Below are positions 37,470 through 51,060 of a stretch of 64,000 nucleotides of DNA, piece after piece. The DNA comes from Macrostomum hystrix. Taxonomy: Eukaryota > Animalia > Platyhelminthes. Where the stretch lies: positions 124,001 to 188,000 of the forward strand of contig CATNEN010000007.1 of the NCBI GenBank assembly GCA_950097015.1. Reading direction: 5' to 3'. Made by a program: the position numbers and the translations under genes. The notes under the pieces were generated by a model, which saw nothing but the letters and a program-made list of their open reading frames with translations, was not told the DNA's origin and searched no databases. Within the stretch, counting starts at the first letter, position 1. Every line of letters starts with the position of its first letter.

Positions 37470-39618
37470 CACTGCATCACACTATGCATCACACTCTGCA
37501 TCACACTATGCATCACACTATGCATCACACTATGCATCACACTATGCATCACACTATGCATCACACTCTGCATCACACTCTGCATCACAGTATGCATCAC
37601 ACTATGCATCACACTATGCATCACACTATGCATCACACTCTGCATCACACTCTGCATCACAGTATGCATCACACTATGCATCACACTATGCATCACACTC
37701 TGCATCACACTCTGCATCACACTCTGCATCACACTCTGCATCACACTATGCATCACACTATGCATCACACTCTGCATCACACTCTGCATCACACTCTGCA
37801 TCACACTCTGCATCACACTATGCATCACACTCTGCATCACACTCTGCATCACACTCTGCATCATACTCTGCATCATACTTTGCATCACACTCTGCATCAC
37901 ACTCTGCATCACACTCTGCATCATACTCTGCATCACACTCTGCATCACACTATGCATCACACTCTGCATCACACTCTGCATCACACTCTGCATCACACTC
38001 TGCATCACACTCTGCATCACACTCTGCATCACACTATGCATCACACTCTGCATCACACTCTGCATCACACTCTGCATCACACTCTGCATCACACTCTGCA
38101 TCACACTCTGCATCACACTCTGCATCACACTCTGCATCACACTCTGCATCACACTCTACATCACACTCTGCATCACACTCTGCATCATACTCTGCATCAC
38201 ACTCTGCATCACACTCTGCATCACACTCTGCATCACACTCTGCATCACACTCTGCATCACACTCTGCATCACACTCTGCATCACACTATGCATCACACTC
38301 TGCATCACACTCTGCATCACACTCTGCATCACACTCTGCATCACACTCTGCATCACACTCTGCATCACACTCTGCATCACACTCTGCATCACACTCTGCA
38401 TCACACTCTGCATCACACTCTGCATCATACTCTGCATCACACTCTGCATCACACTCTGCATCACACTCTGCATCACACTCTGCATCACACTCTGCATCAC
38501 ACTCTGCATCACACTCTGCATCACACTATGCATCACACTCTGCATCACACTCTGCATCACACTCTGCATCACACTCTGCATCACACTCTGCATCACACTA
38601 TGCATCACACTCTGCATCACACTCTGCATCACACTCTGCATCACACTCTGCATCATACTCTGCATCACACTATGCATCACACTATGCATCACACTCTGCA
38701 TCACTCTATGCATCATACTCTGCATCACACTCTGCATCACACTCTGCATCACACTATGCATCACACTCTGCATCACACTCTGCATCACACTATGCATCAC
38801 ACTCTGCATCACACTCTGCATCACACTATGCATCACACTCTGCATCACACTCTGCATCACACTATGCATCACACTATGCATCACACTATGCATCACACTA
38901 TGCATCACACTCTGCATCACACTCTGAATCTCATTCTGCATCACACTCTGCATCACACTCTGCATCACACTCTGCATCACACTCTGAATCTCATTCTGCA
39001 TCACACTCTGCATCACACTCTGCATCACACTCTGAATCTCATTCTGCATCACACTCTGCATCACACTCTGCATCACAGTATGCATCACACTATGCATCAC
39101 ACTCTGCATCACACTCTGAATCTCATTCTGCATCACACTCTGCATCACACTCTGCATCACACTCTGCATCACACTCTGATCTCATTCTGCATCACACTCT
39201 GCATCACACTCTGCATCACACTCTGCATCACACTCTGAATCTCATTCTGCATCACACTCTGCATCACACTCTGCATCACACTCTGCATCACACTCTGCAT
39301 CACACTCTGCATCACACTCTGCATCACACTCTGCATCACAGTATGCATCACACTCTGCATCACACTCTGAATCTCATTCTGCATCACACTCTGCATCACA
39401 CTCTGCATCACACTCTGCATCACACTCTGAATCTCATTCTGCATCACACTCTGCATCACACTCTGCATCACACTCTGCATCACAGTATGCATCACACTCT
39501 GAATCTCATTCTGCATCACACTCTGCATCACACTCTGCATCACACTCTGCATCACACTCTGCATCACACTCTGCATCATACTCTGCATCACACTCTGAAT
39601 CTCATTCTGCATCACACC
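37470..39618. repeat. 12-bp minisatellite (tgcatcacactc), about 175 copies
   Basis: Directly visible; begins about 5 nt after the caspase stop codon. Confidence 0.98.
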
Positions 39619-39623
39619 TGTCC

Positions 39624-42600
39624 TCAGACAGCCCAACTCGGGTCAAGTAAAACCTTCTTCGACAGTTGCGATCGCATCTCTGGCACCGAATGATAAAACA
39701 GCTGATTGTTGCCAGGTCGGCCAGCTCGAACTGGATTCTCCTTCACTCGCCGATTCACCTGGGTCATGATGTCTAGCAGGTGTTCTCGGCGATATTCTCT
39801 CTCTAGCACCGCGCACAGCGTCTGGATGAAGACGGAGCCGCGGCCGGGGTCCCTGTAGGCTGGCCCGGTCTCCGTGTTGGCATAGCAGAACAGGAAGTCA
39901 CTCTCTGTAGGACAGAACAGCGGATCTTTTACCGGGGCTCTGACGGGCACTGAGTCCGTGCTCACAGACGCCTGGCGAAGCTCAGCGGCCTCCGATCGAC
40001 CGCCGCGGCAGGCTTGGACAAAAAATATCTTCGGCTTGTGCTCCAAGCCACTGCAAATGTTGGCCTGCAGTCTGGCGGCCAGGTACCTGCCGATTGATTA
40101 ACCAATCAATCTGTTCAATCAGTTGATCAATCGATCAATAAGAAATTAAGAAGTCAATCAATTCAAGGAATATAACTTTTTATTAAAAAAAATCTATCAA
40201 TGCTCAACTTCTCAATGAATTATTGACCTTTAAATGAAATCCAATTAATAATTATTCAAATTGCGAGTATGCATCTATCTAACAATTGATAAGTTAGGCA
40301 ATCTATTTATCAATTGATGTATGGGGATGACTGTCGGAGCTAAAACGCTCGCTCGAAGGGTCCCAGAACTCGAGTCCGCTACGAGGCAACATTTATTTGT
40401 GGCGCAGCCGCGTTGAGGGCTAGAGTTCTTGGAATGCAATTCGCGCCCATGAGAGCCAATTCCCGATGAGATGAGCCAATGAGATCAGCCAGCCAATGAG
40501 ATTAGCCAGCCAATGGTATCAGCCAGCCAATCAGATTAGCCAGCCAATTGGAGCAGCCAGCCAATCAGATTAGCCAGCCAATGAGATTAGCCAGCCAATC
40601 AGATTAGCCAGCCAATTGGAGCAGCCAGCCAATCAGATTAGCCATGCAGTCGATGAGATCAGGCAGCTAATTAAAAGAGCCGCTTACCTAATCTCTAGCG
40701 GTCTGCCATCGCAGCCGTAGATTGAGTCGGCGGTGCCATGAGCCATGAGGAAGCAGACAAAGCAGCCGTGTCGATTAAGCTCGGCTTCGTTGTTGGCCAG
40801 CTCGTGAATGCAGTTGAGCATGCCATTCACGCTAAGATCTTGCTTCACAACCACCCGAAAGCGCAGCTTCTCAAACAATAGCTGAATTCGTTCGACATCA
40901 AATTCGGAGCCGTCGCGACACTCGAACTTGGAGCTGGCGGTGTACTTGTTGATGTTGATTATCAGGCAGAAGCCTTGCGGGTCTGTAACGCGGTAAAAAT
41001 CTTCTGGGCGGTACCTGGAGGGGAGTTTAAAAGTAAATAAGCTTTTGTTGGGTTTGCGGTTGCACTTGTATGCTTTAGACCTCGTTTACATTCTATGTTA
41101 TCTTACTCCCTTTCTCTCGTGCGCTGTCTCACTCTAGCAGTGTTTACTCACCGCATATGCACCTGCGTGTCAGTGCATGATTTAGCCCTCAACCTATCAA
41201 ATCGTTTCAATAATCAATGTACATTCATCGACCAGTCTGTGCATAATAAATAGATCGCAAGTTTTGGCTCAACAGTTCGTTTGTCAGCTAACATGACCTG
41301 GCTAGTGTCATTCAGCTTGCAGCTTTTATTAATCAAGCATTACTGCCACTCTCTTCCAAACTGTACCAAACTATTAAACTCTACCAAACTCTACCAAACT
41401 CTACCAAACTCTACCAAACTCTACCAAACTCTACCAAACTCTACCAAACTCTACCAAACTCTACCAAACTCTACCAAACTCTACCAAACTCTACCAACAT
41501 TAAACTCTACCAAACTCTACCAAACTCTACCAAACTCTACCAAACTCTACCAAACTCTACCAAACTCTACCAAACTCTACCAAACTCTACCAAACTCTAC
41601 CAAACTCTACCAAACTCTATCAAACCCCGCCAAACTCTACCAAACCACGCCAGACTCTACCAAACCCCGCAAAACTCTACCAAACCCCGCCAAACTCTAC
41701 AAAAACCACACCAAACTCTACCAAACCCCGCCAAACTCTACCAAACCCCGCCAACTCTACCAAACCCCGCCAAACTCTACCAAACCCCGCCAAACTCTAC
41801 AAAAACCACACCAAACTCTACCAAACCCCGCCAAACTCTACCAAACCCCGCCAAACTCTATCAAACCCCGCCAAACTCTACCAAACCACGCCAGACTCTA
41901 CCAAACCCCGCAAAACTCTACCAAACCCCGCCAAACTCTACAAAAACCACACCAAACTCTACCAAACCCCGCCAAACTCTACCAAACCCCGCCAAACTCT
42001 ACCAAACCCCGCCAAACTCTACAAAAACCACACCAAACTCTACCAAACCCCGCCAAACTCTACCAAACCCCGCCAAACTCTACCAAACCCCGCCAAACTC
42101 TACAAAACCCCGCCAAACTCTACAAAAACCACACCAAACTCTACCAAACCCCGCCAAACTCTACCAAACCCCGCCAAACTCTACCAAACCCCGCCAAACT
42201 CTACCAAACCCCGCCAAACTCTACCAAACCCCGCCAAACTCTACCGAACCCCGCCAAACTCTACCAAACCCCGCCAAACTCTACCAAACCCCGCCAAACT
42301 CTACCAAACCCCGCCAAACTCTACAAAACCCCGCCAAACTCTACAAAAACCACACCAAACTCTACCAAACCCCGCAAAACTCTACCAAACCCCGCCAAAC
42401 TCTACAAAAACCACACCAAACTGTACCAAACCCCCGTCAAACTCTACCAAACTCTCCCAAACTCTTATGTCACACAGGCCCCTCACCGGATTTTTGACCC
42501 TGTATCGTCCTCGTCATCCATGCCGGTAGTTGAATTCGGTACATAGTTAACTGGCTCCTGTTCAAATCTATGAATGAGGATTTAAGAATTGAGGATTAAA

Positions 42601-45600
42601 ACCTAGGTTAATGAGCTAGGCAACTCACGCAAACGCTCACTCGTTTTGTTCGTCAGACGTGACGTCGTCGGCAATGGGCAAGATTTTTTGGCTAAAAAAA
42701 AGATTTTTACGATTAAGTTCCACGTTGAGTAAGTCTTTGAGCTTTATTAGTTTCAAAACAAGAGAATAGCTTTTTTGGATCCTCTTACTCATTGCCAACA
42801 TCGAGGCTGAAGAAGTCCTTGCCTTTGTAGCTGGAAATTTTTTGCGGAAATAGAGGCTAAAGCGTTAAAATTTGTAACTTCGAGAAGCATTCATAGAAAA
42901 AATCTATCAATCTGTTTTAAAGCGTTAAAACAGTTCTCAGTTTTGAAAATTTTTGAAAAGTTTCAACAGTTCTTGAAAAGGTCTGCATTTTTTCAAACAG
43001 TACTTTAGTTTTTCTTAAACTTTTCTCAAATTTTTATCCATCTGTTCTCAAACAGTTCTCAATATGTTATCAACAGCTGTCCTCAAATTTCTCTGAACCT
43101 GTTCTCAAACTGTTCTCAAACTGTTCTTAAACTTCTCGGCACCTCTGCAGCAGGGCCAGCGTGTCGGAGCTGCCACTTTTAGCTGCGGCACTCTCGGCTG
43201 TCTGGCCCTTGGCGTCGCGCAGCGTCCAATTGGCCCCCAGCTCCAGCAGAGCCCTGGCTGTCTCGTCTTTGCCAGCCGACGCGGCTTCCATAAGCGGCGT
43301 CCCACCGTCCTGATCGCTAGCGTTGACGAACGCCCCAACGTTAATCAGCAGCCGGACAGCCTCGGTGGCGCCGGCCGAAGCTGCCGCGTGCAGCACCGTC
43401 CACGCCGCTGCGCTGCCCGACGTCGCGTCGGCGCCCAGTTCGTCGATTAGTCGAGGCAGGCTGTCGAGGCAGGCCGGCGACTCGGCGCTGCGCCGAACCA
43501 AGCAGCTCAGGCAGGTGTGAAACCACTGGGCGTGCGGCCAGTCGCAGTTTAACCGGGTGGCGACTCGCAGGAATTCGGCAGGTGGCGCGTAATTTGCCAG
43601 CCGCATCAGGTCTTTGGCCTCCTGCTTCTCCTAAAAGAGGCAACAGCCAAGAAATGAAACTGAAAGAAGCTTTTCCTACTGGAAGAAGATTTCACCCATA
43701 AAATCTATATTTTACCTGTCAAATAAAGATTTGCACGACGGTTCTCAAAATGTTCTCAAACTTCTCTTAACCAGTTTTCCATCTGTTCTCAACCAATTTT
43801 CAATATGTTCTCAAACTGCTCTCAAACTCTTCTCAAACTGTTCTCAAAGTTCTCAACCAGTTTTTAATCTGTCATATTAGGACTTCATATGTTTAAAAGA
43901 CTGTTGAACGCTTTTTAAAAGAAGATTTCGCCTTCTGTTACTCTGCAGACTCACCTTGAATGTCAAGCCGCGAATTTCTCTGAAAGAAGAAAGTTCAGAG
44001 ATTTGAGAAGGATGTAAAACGAAAGTAGTTCAACACGTGAATTCAAGAAGCCCCGTGAAGCGCTCACATTCGAATGACCTCAGCCAGCTCGGCGTGTCCC
44101 GCCGACTCGGCCAAGTCCGCCGCCGAGCAGCCACTTCGATCTTTTGCTCCTAGCAGCGCCTTCCTCTTCTCCCGCCTGCGCCGGTGCCTGAGCAGGTGCA
44201 GCAGGTGGCGCGCGCAGGCCCACTGGCCGGCCATCGCCGCCTCCATCAGCGGCGTTCGACCGGCGAGATTGGCGGCAAACTTCACAGGGCCGCTGGCGGC
44301 ATCATCAAAGGGCAGCGCAGCCAATAGGCGCAGGTTGCCGGCACGGGCGGCCAAATGAGCGGCGTTGTCGCCGGTGGCTTTGTCGGCGGACCTCGGGCTG
44401 GTGCCGCGTTCCAGAAGCAGTTCGACGCATTTGAAATAGCGCCAGCTGGTGCTGACGGCCGAGGCTGCCAGCATCAGCGGACTGCGGCCTTCGGCTCGAG
44501 TGCGGCATCGGCAGTTGGCAGGTAGGGCCAGGCGTCTCAGCTGAGCATAGTTCTCATCGACTGTGAGCTGGCCGAGGCGTTTTGCCATCTTCGTGAATGA
44601 TTTCAAAGGGTCGAAGGCGAAATTGCTGTTAATGTCATTATGCCAGATTTGATTCCAATAGCTACAGTTCGCCCAGCTGTAAAATGAGGTTGCAGCGGTC
44701 CTGAGTTCGAATCCATTATGAAGTCGTTACATCTGGAGGGTCACAATCTACGGCTCAGAGACTGACTTTCAATAAGAAGTAAAGTACGTGTCAGTTTTTT
44801 ACAAAGAAACATTTGTACTTTATCAACGACCATTACATACAGACCACTGGCCTGTTAAGCTGAGCAATGTCCAATTCGACGGACCACTGACCTGTTAGAC
44901 AGACCACTGACCTGTTAGACAGACCACTGACCTGTTAGACAGACCACTGACCTGTTAGACAGACCACTGACCTGTTAAGACAGACTTCTGATCTGTTAGA
45001 CAGACCACTGATCTGTTAGACAAACCACAGATCTGTTAGACAGACCACTGACCTGTTAGACAGACCCCTAATCTATTAGACAGACTACTGATCTGTTAGA
45101 CAGACCTCTGATCTGTTAGACAAACCACTGATCTGATAGACAAACCACTGATCTGTTAGACAAACCACTGACCTGTTAGACAAACCACTGATCTGTTAGA
45201 CAAACCACTGATCTGTTAGACAGACCACGGATCTGTTAGACAGACCACTGACCTGTTAGACAGACCACTGACCTGTTAGACAGACCACTGACCTGTTAGA
45301 CAGACCCCTAATCTATTAGACAGACTACTGATCTGTTAGACAGACCTCTGATCTGTTAGACAAACCACTGATCTGATAGAAAAAACCACTGATCTGTTAG
45401 ACAAACCACTGATCTGTTAGACAAACCACTGACCTGTTAGACAAACCACTGATCTGTTAGACAAACCACTGATCTGTTAGACAGACCACGGATCTGTTAG
45501 ACAGACCACTGACCTGTTAGACAGACCACTGACCTGTTAGACAGACCACTGACCTGTTAGACAGACCCCTAATCTATTAGACAGACTACTGATCTGTTAG

Positions 45601-47325
45601 ACAGACCCCTAATCTGTTAGACAAACCACAGATCTGTTAGAGAGACCACTGATCTGTTAGACAAACCACAGATCTGTTAGACAGAGCGATGACCTGTTAG
45701 AGAGAGTACCAGTTTTTTCAGTTTTTCAGTAACAAAAACACTGACTGCACTACTTAAACAATTTAGTAGTAGCTTTCTTATTTTAAGCAAGTAGCATTTG
45801 ATTCCCAAAGCAGTGTGGCTTTGCCCTCTTGCACTTTCTGGTCGCAGACACTTCTCTATATTGCTAATATATTTTTTATTTTACTTCTTCATTGGCAGCA
45901 AAGGGCTGAGCAATCAGGGCCTCAGTATGTCTAAGTTCGCTCACTGTTTAAGCCTGCGTGAGCCAATTTCCTGCAGCCCAAAGACTGAGGCAGCTGAGAT
46001 GTGCATGTCGGACAGTGTATCGATATGGTGAAATGATTTTCTCCCTCACTTAGAAGAGCAGGAGCAGAACAACTCCTGATTGCCTTCAAGGCCTCTACTA
46101 ATGTCCCCGTCTGCCATGTCCTTTGTAGGCGCCTGAAATGCAATTCTCCCTAATTCAGTGTTCGATCCCAATTTTTTTTGTCGGTCGTCGCAATCTGGTT
46201 TTGGGTGGCCAGCGAGTTGGGGACTTTTGTCCCATTCTGCTCCTCTTTTTTGACAGGCGAATGCGCAAATGTTGATGCACTTTTGTATGTGTTAGAAATG
46301 GTCGATAAGTAATTTAATAGTATCGATCACGAGTCGAAAGTACGCGAATTTTTTTTAAACAGATTTGGCGGAAGTTTTAAAACCTTACTAAACTCAAGAT
46401 CGATATTAATAGACTCAAGAAAATTATTCAGTTCTGCATGTTGGAAATTTGACACATGCCGCTGCGATCACATCTGTTAGATAGATTCGTTACCTGTTAG
46501 ACAGATTCGTTACCTGTTAGACAGATTCATTACCTGTTAGACAGATTCGTTACCTGTTAGACAGATTCGTTACCTGTTAGACAGATTCGTTACCTGTTAG
46601 ACAGATTCGTTACCTGTTAGACAGATTCGTTACCTGTTAGACAGACCACTGACTTGTTAGACATGGGAACTGATAGACAGGGAACTGAGTGTTAAACAAG
46701 GAACTGACCTTTTAGACAGGGAATTGACCTGTTAGACATGGGAACTGACCTTTTAGACAGGAAACGGACCTGTTAGACATGTCTAACTGACCTGTTAGAC
46801 ATGGGAACTGTCCTGTTAGACATGGGAACTGTCCTGTTAGACATGGGAACTGTCCTGTTAGACATAGGAACCAACCCGTTAGTTCCGGGAACTGACCTGT
46901 TAGACATGGGAACTGACCTGTTAGACATGGGAACTGACCTGTTAGACATGGGAACTGACGTGTTAGACATGGGAACTGACGTGTTAGACATGGGAACTGA
47001 CCTGTTAGACATGGGAACTGACCTGTTAGACATGGGAACTGACCTGTTAGACATGGGAAATGACCTGTTAGACATGGGAACTGACGTGTTAGACATGGGA
47101 ACTGACCTGTTAGACATGGGAACTGACCTGTTAGACATGGGAACTGACCTGTTAGACATGGGAACTGACCTGTTAGACTTGGTATCAGCAAGCAGCAGAA
47201 AAGTAATGAAGCCTACAAAAGTAGTTATAAAATCTACCAAAATGTCACATAAAACACACCTTTGTGCCAGAATCTTCCCAGGCTTGCTGTTCGACTTGCA
47301 AATATTCTGCATTGAAGGACGCCAT
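39624..47325 (-). CDS. Ankyrin-repeat/caspase fusion protein model, 727 aa (exons 47325-47260, 46132-46050, 44676-44068, 43979-43955, 43630-43143, 42830-42789, 42567-42487, 41014-40688, 40086-39624)
   Basis: Caspase: GFCLIINI, RDGSEFD, FLMAHG, KPKIFFVQACRG, SDFLFCYA, GSVFIQ (high confidence). Ankyrin: GRSPLMLAA, GDNAAHLAA, GRTPLMEAA, WTVLHAAA, GGTPLMEAA (high confidence). The 9 exons total 2184 nt with every phase matching. Weakest links are donor AG|GTGCCG at 43142 and the two 5' exons. Confidence 0.7.
40485..40645. repeat. About 17-bp CCAAT-containing repeat (cagccaatcagattagc)
   Basis: About 9 copies in caspase intron. Confidence 0.85.
41350..42455. repeat. 10-bp repeat (ctaccaaact) evolving into 20-bp units (ctaccaaaccccgccaaact)
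   Basis: Directly visible. Confidence 0.95.
43040..43860. repeat. Degenerate 11-bp repeat (tgttctcaaac) in both introns flanking exon 43630-43143 (about 43040-43130 and 43740-43860)
   Basis: Same motif visible in both introns. Confidence 0.7.
44875..45705. repeat. 20-bp minisatellite (agaccactgacctgttagac)
   Basis: About 40 copies. Confidence 0.96.
46470..47178. repeat. Adjacent 20-bp (acagattcgttacctgttag) and 21-bp (atgggaactgacctgttagac) minisatellites
   Basis: Both share core cctgttagac with the 44875 array. Confidence 0.95.
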
Positions 47326-47759
47326 GTTTAGTTTTTAAGCCAGAAAAAAATTTCAGATGCCTTTTGTGTCAAATGAGTTCTCTGCGAGAATTGTCTGTGT
47401 AACACCCACCTTTATGCTCTAGCTGGAAGTACCTAGACTGCCCTGCTCAAACTGCTAGTCTACCGCGCAGAGTAGAATATGCACGGAGTTACAAGTACAA
47501 TGAAAAGGCTGGCCAGCCTATGATGAGGCTGAAATGCTGAATAAAATGTACTATTGTGCAAGCAGCAATCTAAAGGCCCAGCATATTTTAATGTACACAG
47601 CTTTTTCTACCACTCTAATCTCACACTAAACTCTTATCTTTTGAAATCCCTCACTCAATTCTCACCTTAAGTTCTTATCTTCTAGAATCTCATCGTATAA
47701 TCTCACCCCAAACTCTGCTAACTTAAAAGCTCATCGACTAATCATACCCCAAACTCTCA

Positions 47760-48170
47760 TAATCTAAAATCTCATAGTCAAGTCTCACCCTAGACTTTCA
47801 TCATCTAAAATCTCATAGTCTAGTCTCACCCTAGACTTTCATAATCTAAAATCTCATAGTCTAATCTCACCCTAGACTTTCAAAATCTAAAATCTCATAG
47901 TCTAATCTCACCCTAGACTTTCAAAATCTAAAATCTCATAGTCTAATCTCACCCTAGACTTTCAAAATCTAAAATCTCATAGTCTAATCTCACCCTAGAC
48001 TTTCAAAATCTAAAATCTCATAGTCTAATCACACCCTAGACTTTCAAAATCTAAAATCTCATAGTCTAGTCTCACCCTAGACTTTCATAATCTAAAATCT
48101 CATAGTCTAATCTCACCCTAGACTTTCATTATCTCAAATCTCATAGTCTAATCTCACCCAAAACTTTCAT
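47760..48170. repeat. 41-bp minisatellite (tctaaaatctcatagtctaatctcaccctagactttcaaaa)
   Basis: About 10 copies. Confidence 0.93.
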
Positions 48171-48639
48171 TACTACCTAAAATTGCATAGTCTAGTCTCA
48201 GCCAAAACTCTCTTCTGTGACAATGTCAGGGGCTGCTGCTGCTGTCTCCCAAACGATCAATCATGCCAGACGCGCACAAAAATGTGAGCCGAAATCTCCC
48301 TTCTCCCTTCGAATTCTCCGCTGAAGCAGCAACGGAAGACGATAAATGCCAGCCGCCAACGTTTTGCTTTTGTTTAGTAACCAAGCGCCGATTTAAGTGA
48401 CGCGTTGCGGCATTCTCGTTTTAACGAATCCGCGGCATTTTTTGCCACAAATGACTGTCATTTATCGGAGACCAAAGTTTATTTACCCCATAATATAATC
48501 GCATACTAATATGTATAAACCTATAGTGCAACACGCCGTCAAGTGACGACCTCAAGAATAGGAAATTGTCAAACTATTTATTTGTTTTGGCTAGATAGGC
48601 TCCACTGGTGCCGTTATCTTCATGAAATATGAATAGTGC

Positions 48640-51060
48640 GAGGCTACTGTCTGTCTACTGTTTCTCCCAGCTGTTTATCTCTCTCCTGCTTATCTATCTC
48701 CTGTTTATCTCTCTCCTGTTTATCTCTCTCTCCATTTTATCTCTCTCTCCTGTTTATCTCTCTTAACTGTTTATCTCTCTCCTGTTTATCTCTCTCCTGT
48801 TTATCTCTCTACTGTTTATCTCTCTCCTGTTTATCTCTCTCTCCTGTTTATCTCTCTACTGTTTATCTCTCTCCTGTTTATCTCTCTCTCCTGTTTATCT
48901 CTCTACTGTTTATCTCTCTCCTGTTTATCTCTCTCTTGTTTATCTCCCTCTCCTGTTTATCTCTCTCTTGTTTATCTCCCTCTCCTGTTTATATCTCTAC
49001 TGTTTATATTCTCTACTGTTTATCTTTCTCTCCTGTTTATCTCTCTCCAGTTTATCACTCTCTCCTGTTTATCTCTCTCTACTGTTTATATTCTCTCTAC
49101 TGTTTATCTCTCTCCTGTTTATCTTTTTCTCCTGTGTATCTCTCTCTACTGTTTATCTCTCTCTCCTGTTTATCTATCTCCTGTTTATCCCTCTCCCTTT
49201 TTATTTCTCTCTACTGTTTATCTCTCTCTACTGTTTATCTTTCTCTACTGTATATCTCTCTCTACTGTTTATTTCTCTCTACTGTTTATCTCTCTCTACT
49301 GTTTATCTTTCTCTACTGTATATCTCTCTCTACTGTTTATTTCTCTCTCCTGTTTATCTCTCTCTACTGTTTATCTTTCTCTACTGTATATCTCTCTCTA
49401 CTGTTTATTTCTCTCTACTGTTTATCTCTCTCTACTGTTTATCTCTCTCCTGTTTATCTCTCTCCTGTTTATCTCTCTCTACTGTTTATCTCTCTCTACT
49501 GTTTATCTCTCTCCTGTTTATCTCTCTTCTGTTTATCTCTCTCTTCTGTTTATCTCTCTCTACTGTTTATCTCTCTCCTGTTTATCTCTCTCCTGTTTAT
49601 CTCTCTCTTCTGTTTATCTCTCTCTACTGTTTATCTCTCTCCTGTTTCTCTCTCTCCTGTTTATCTCTCTCTTCTGTTTATCTCTCTCTACTGTTTATCT
49701 CTCTCTACTGTTTATCTCTCTCCTGTTTATCTCTCTCTCCTGTTTATCTCTCTCTACTGTTTATCTCTCTCCTGTTTATCTCTCTCCTGTTTATCTCTCT
49801 CTACTGTTTATCTCTCTCCTGTTTATCTCTCTCCTGTTTATCTCTCTCTACAGTTTATCTCTCTCTACTGTTTATCTCTCTCTACAGTTTATCTCTCTCC
49901 TGTTTATCTCTCTCTACAGTTTATCTCTCTCTACTGTTTATCTCTCTCTACAGTTTATCTCTCTCCTGTTTATCTCTCTCTACTGTTTATCTCTCTCCTG
50001 TTTATCTCTTTCCTGTTTATCTCTCTCTACTGTTTATCTCTCTCCTGTTTATCTCTCTCTTGTTTATCTCCCTCTCCTGTTTATCTCTCTCTTGTTTATC
50101 TCCCTCTCCTGTTTATATCTCTACTGTTTATATTCTCTACTGTTTATCTTTCTCTCCTGTTTATCTCTCTCCAGTTTATCACTCTCTCCTGTTTATCTCT
50201 CTCTACTGTTTATATTCTCTCTACTGTTTATCTCTCTCCTGTTTATCTTTTTCTCCTGTGTATCTCTCTCTACTGTTTATCTCTCTCTCCTGTTTATCCC
50301 TCTCCTTTTTATTTCTCTCTACTGTTTATCTCTCTCTACTGTTTATCTTTCTCTACTGTATATCTCTCTCTACTGTTTATTTCTCTCTACTGTTTATCTC
50401 TCTCTACTGTTTATCTCTCTCCTGTTTATCTTTTTCTCCTGTGTATCTCTCTCTACTGTTTATCTCTCTCTCCTGTTTATCTATCTCCTGTTTATCCCTC
50501 TCCCTTTTTATTTCTCTCTACTGTTTATCTTTCTCTACTGTATATCTCTCTCTACTGTTTATTTCTCTCTACTGTTTATCTCTCTCTACTGTTTATCTTT
50601 CTCTACTGTATATCTCTCTCTACTGTTTATTTCTCTCTACTGTTTATCTCTCTCTACTGTTTATCTTTCTCTACTGTATATCTCTCTCTACTGTTTATTT
50701 CTCTCTACTGTTTATCTCTCTCTACTGTTTATCTTTCTCTACTGTATATCTCTCTCTACTGTTTATTTCTCTCTACTGTTTATCTCTCTCTACTGTTTAT
50801 CTCTCTCCTGTTTATCTCTCTCCTGTTTATCTCTCTCTACTGTTTATCTCTCTCCTGTTTATCTCTCTCTACTGTTTATCTCTCTCCTGTTTATCTCTCT
50901 CCTGTTTATCTCTCTCTACTGTTTATCTCTCTCCTGTTTATCTCTCTCTACTGTTTATCTCTCTACTGTTTATCTCTCTCTACTGTTTATCTTTCTCTAC
51001 TGTATATATCTCTTAACTGTTTATCTCTCTCTCCTATTCATCTCTCTACTCTTTAACTCT
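48640..51060. repeat. CT-rich 15-17-bp minisatellite (ctctctcctgtttat) with internal higher-order duplications
   Basis: Directly visible; variant block at about 48960 recurs at about 50085. Confidence 0.96.

Noticed and set aside
37385-39693. Long ORFs such as (HHTL)n, (CITL)n and (MQSV)n
   Set aside because: Stop-free by-products of a 12-bp repeat, open in several frames on both strands, with no unique domain
45935-45975. Additional small exon in the ANK-caspase gene (EIGSRRLK)
   Set aside because: Splice sites exist but phases do not chain with exon 46132-46050; could only be an alternative exon
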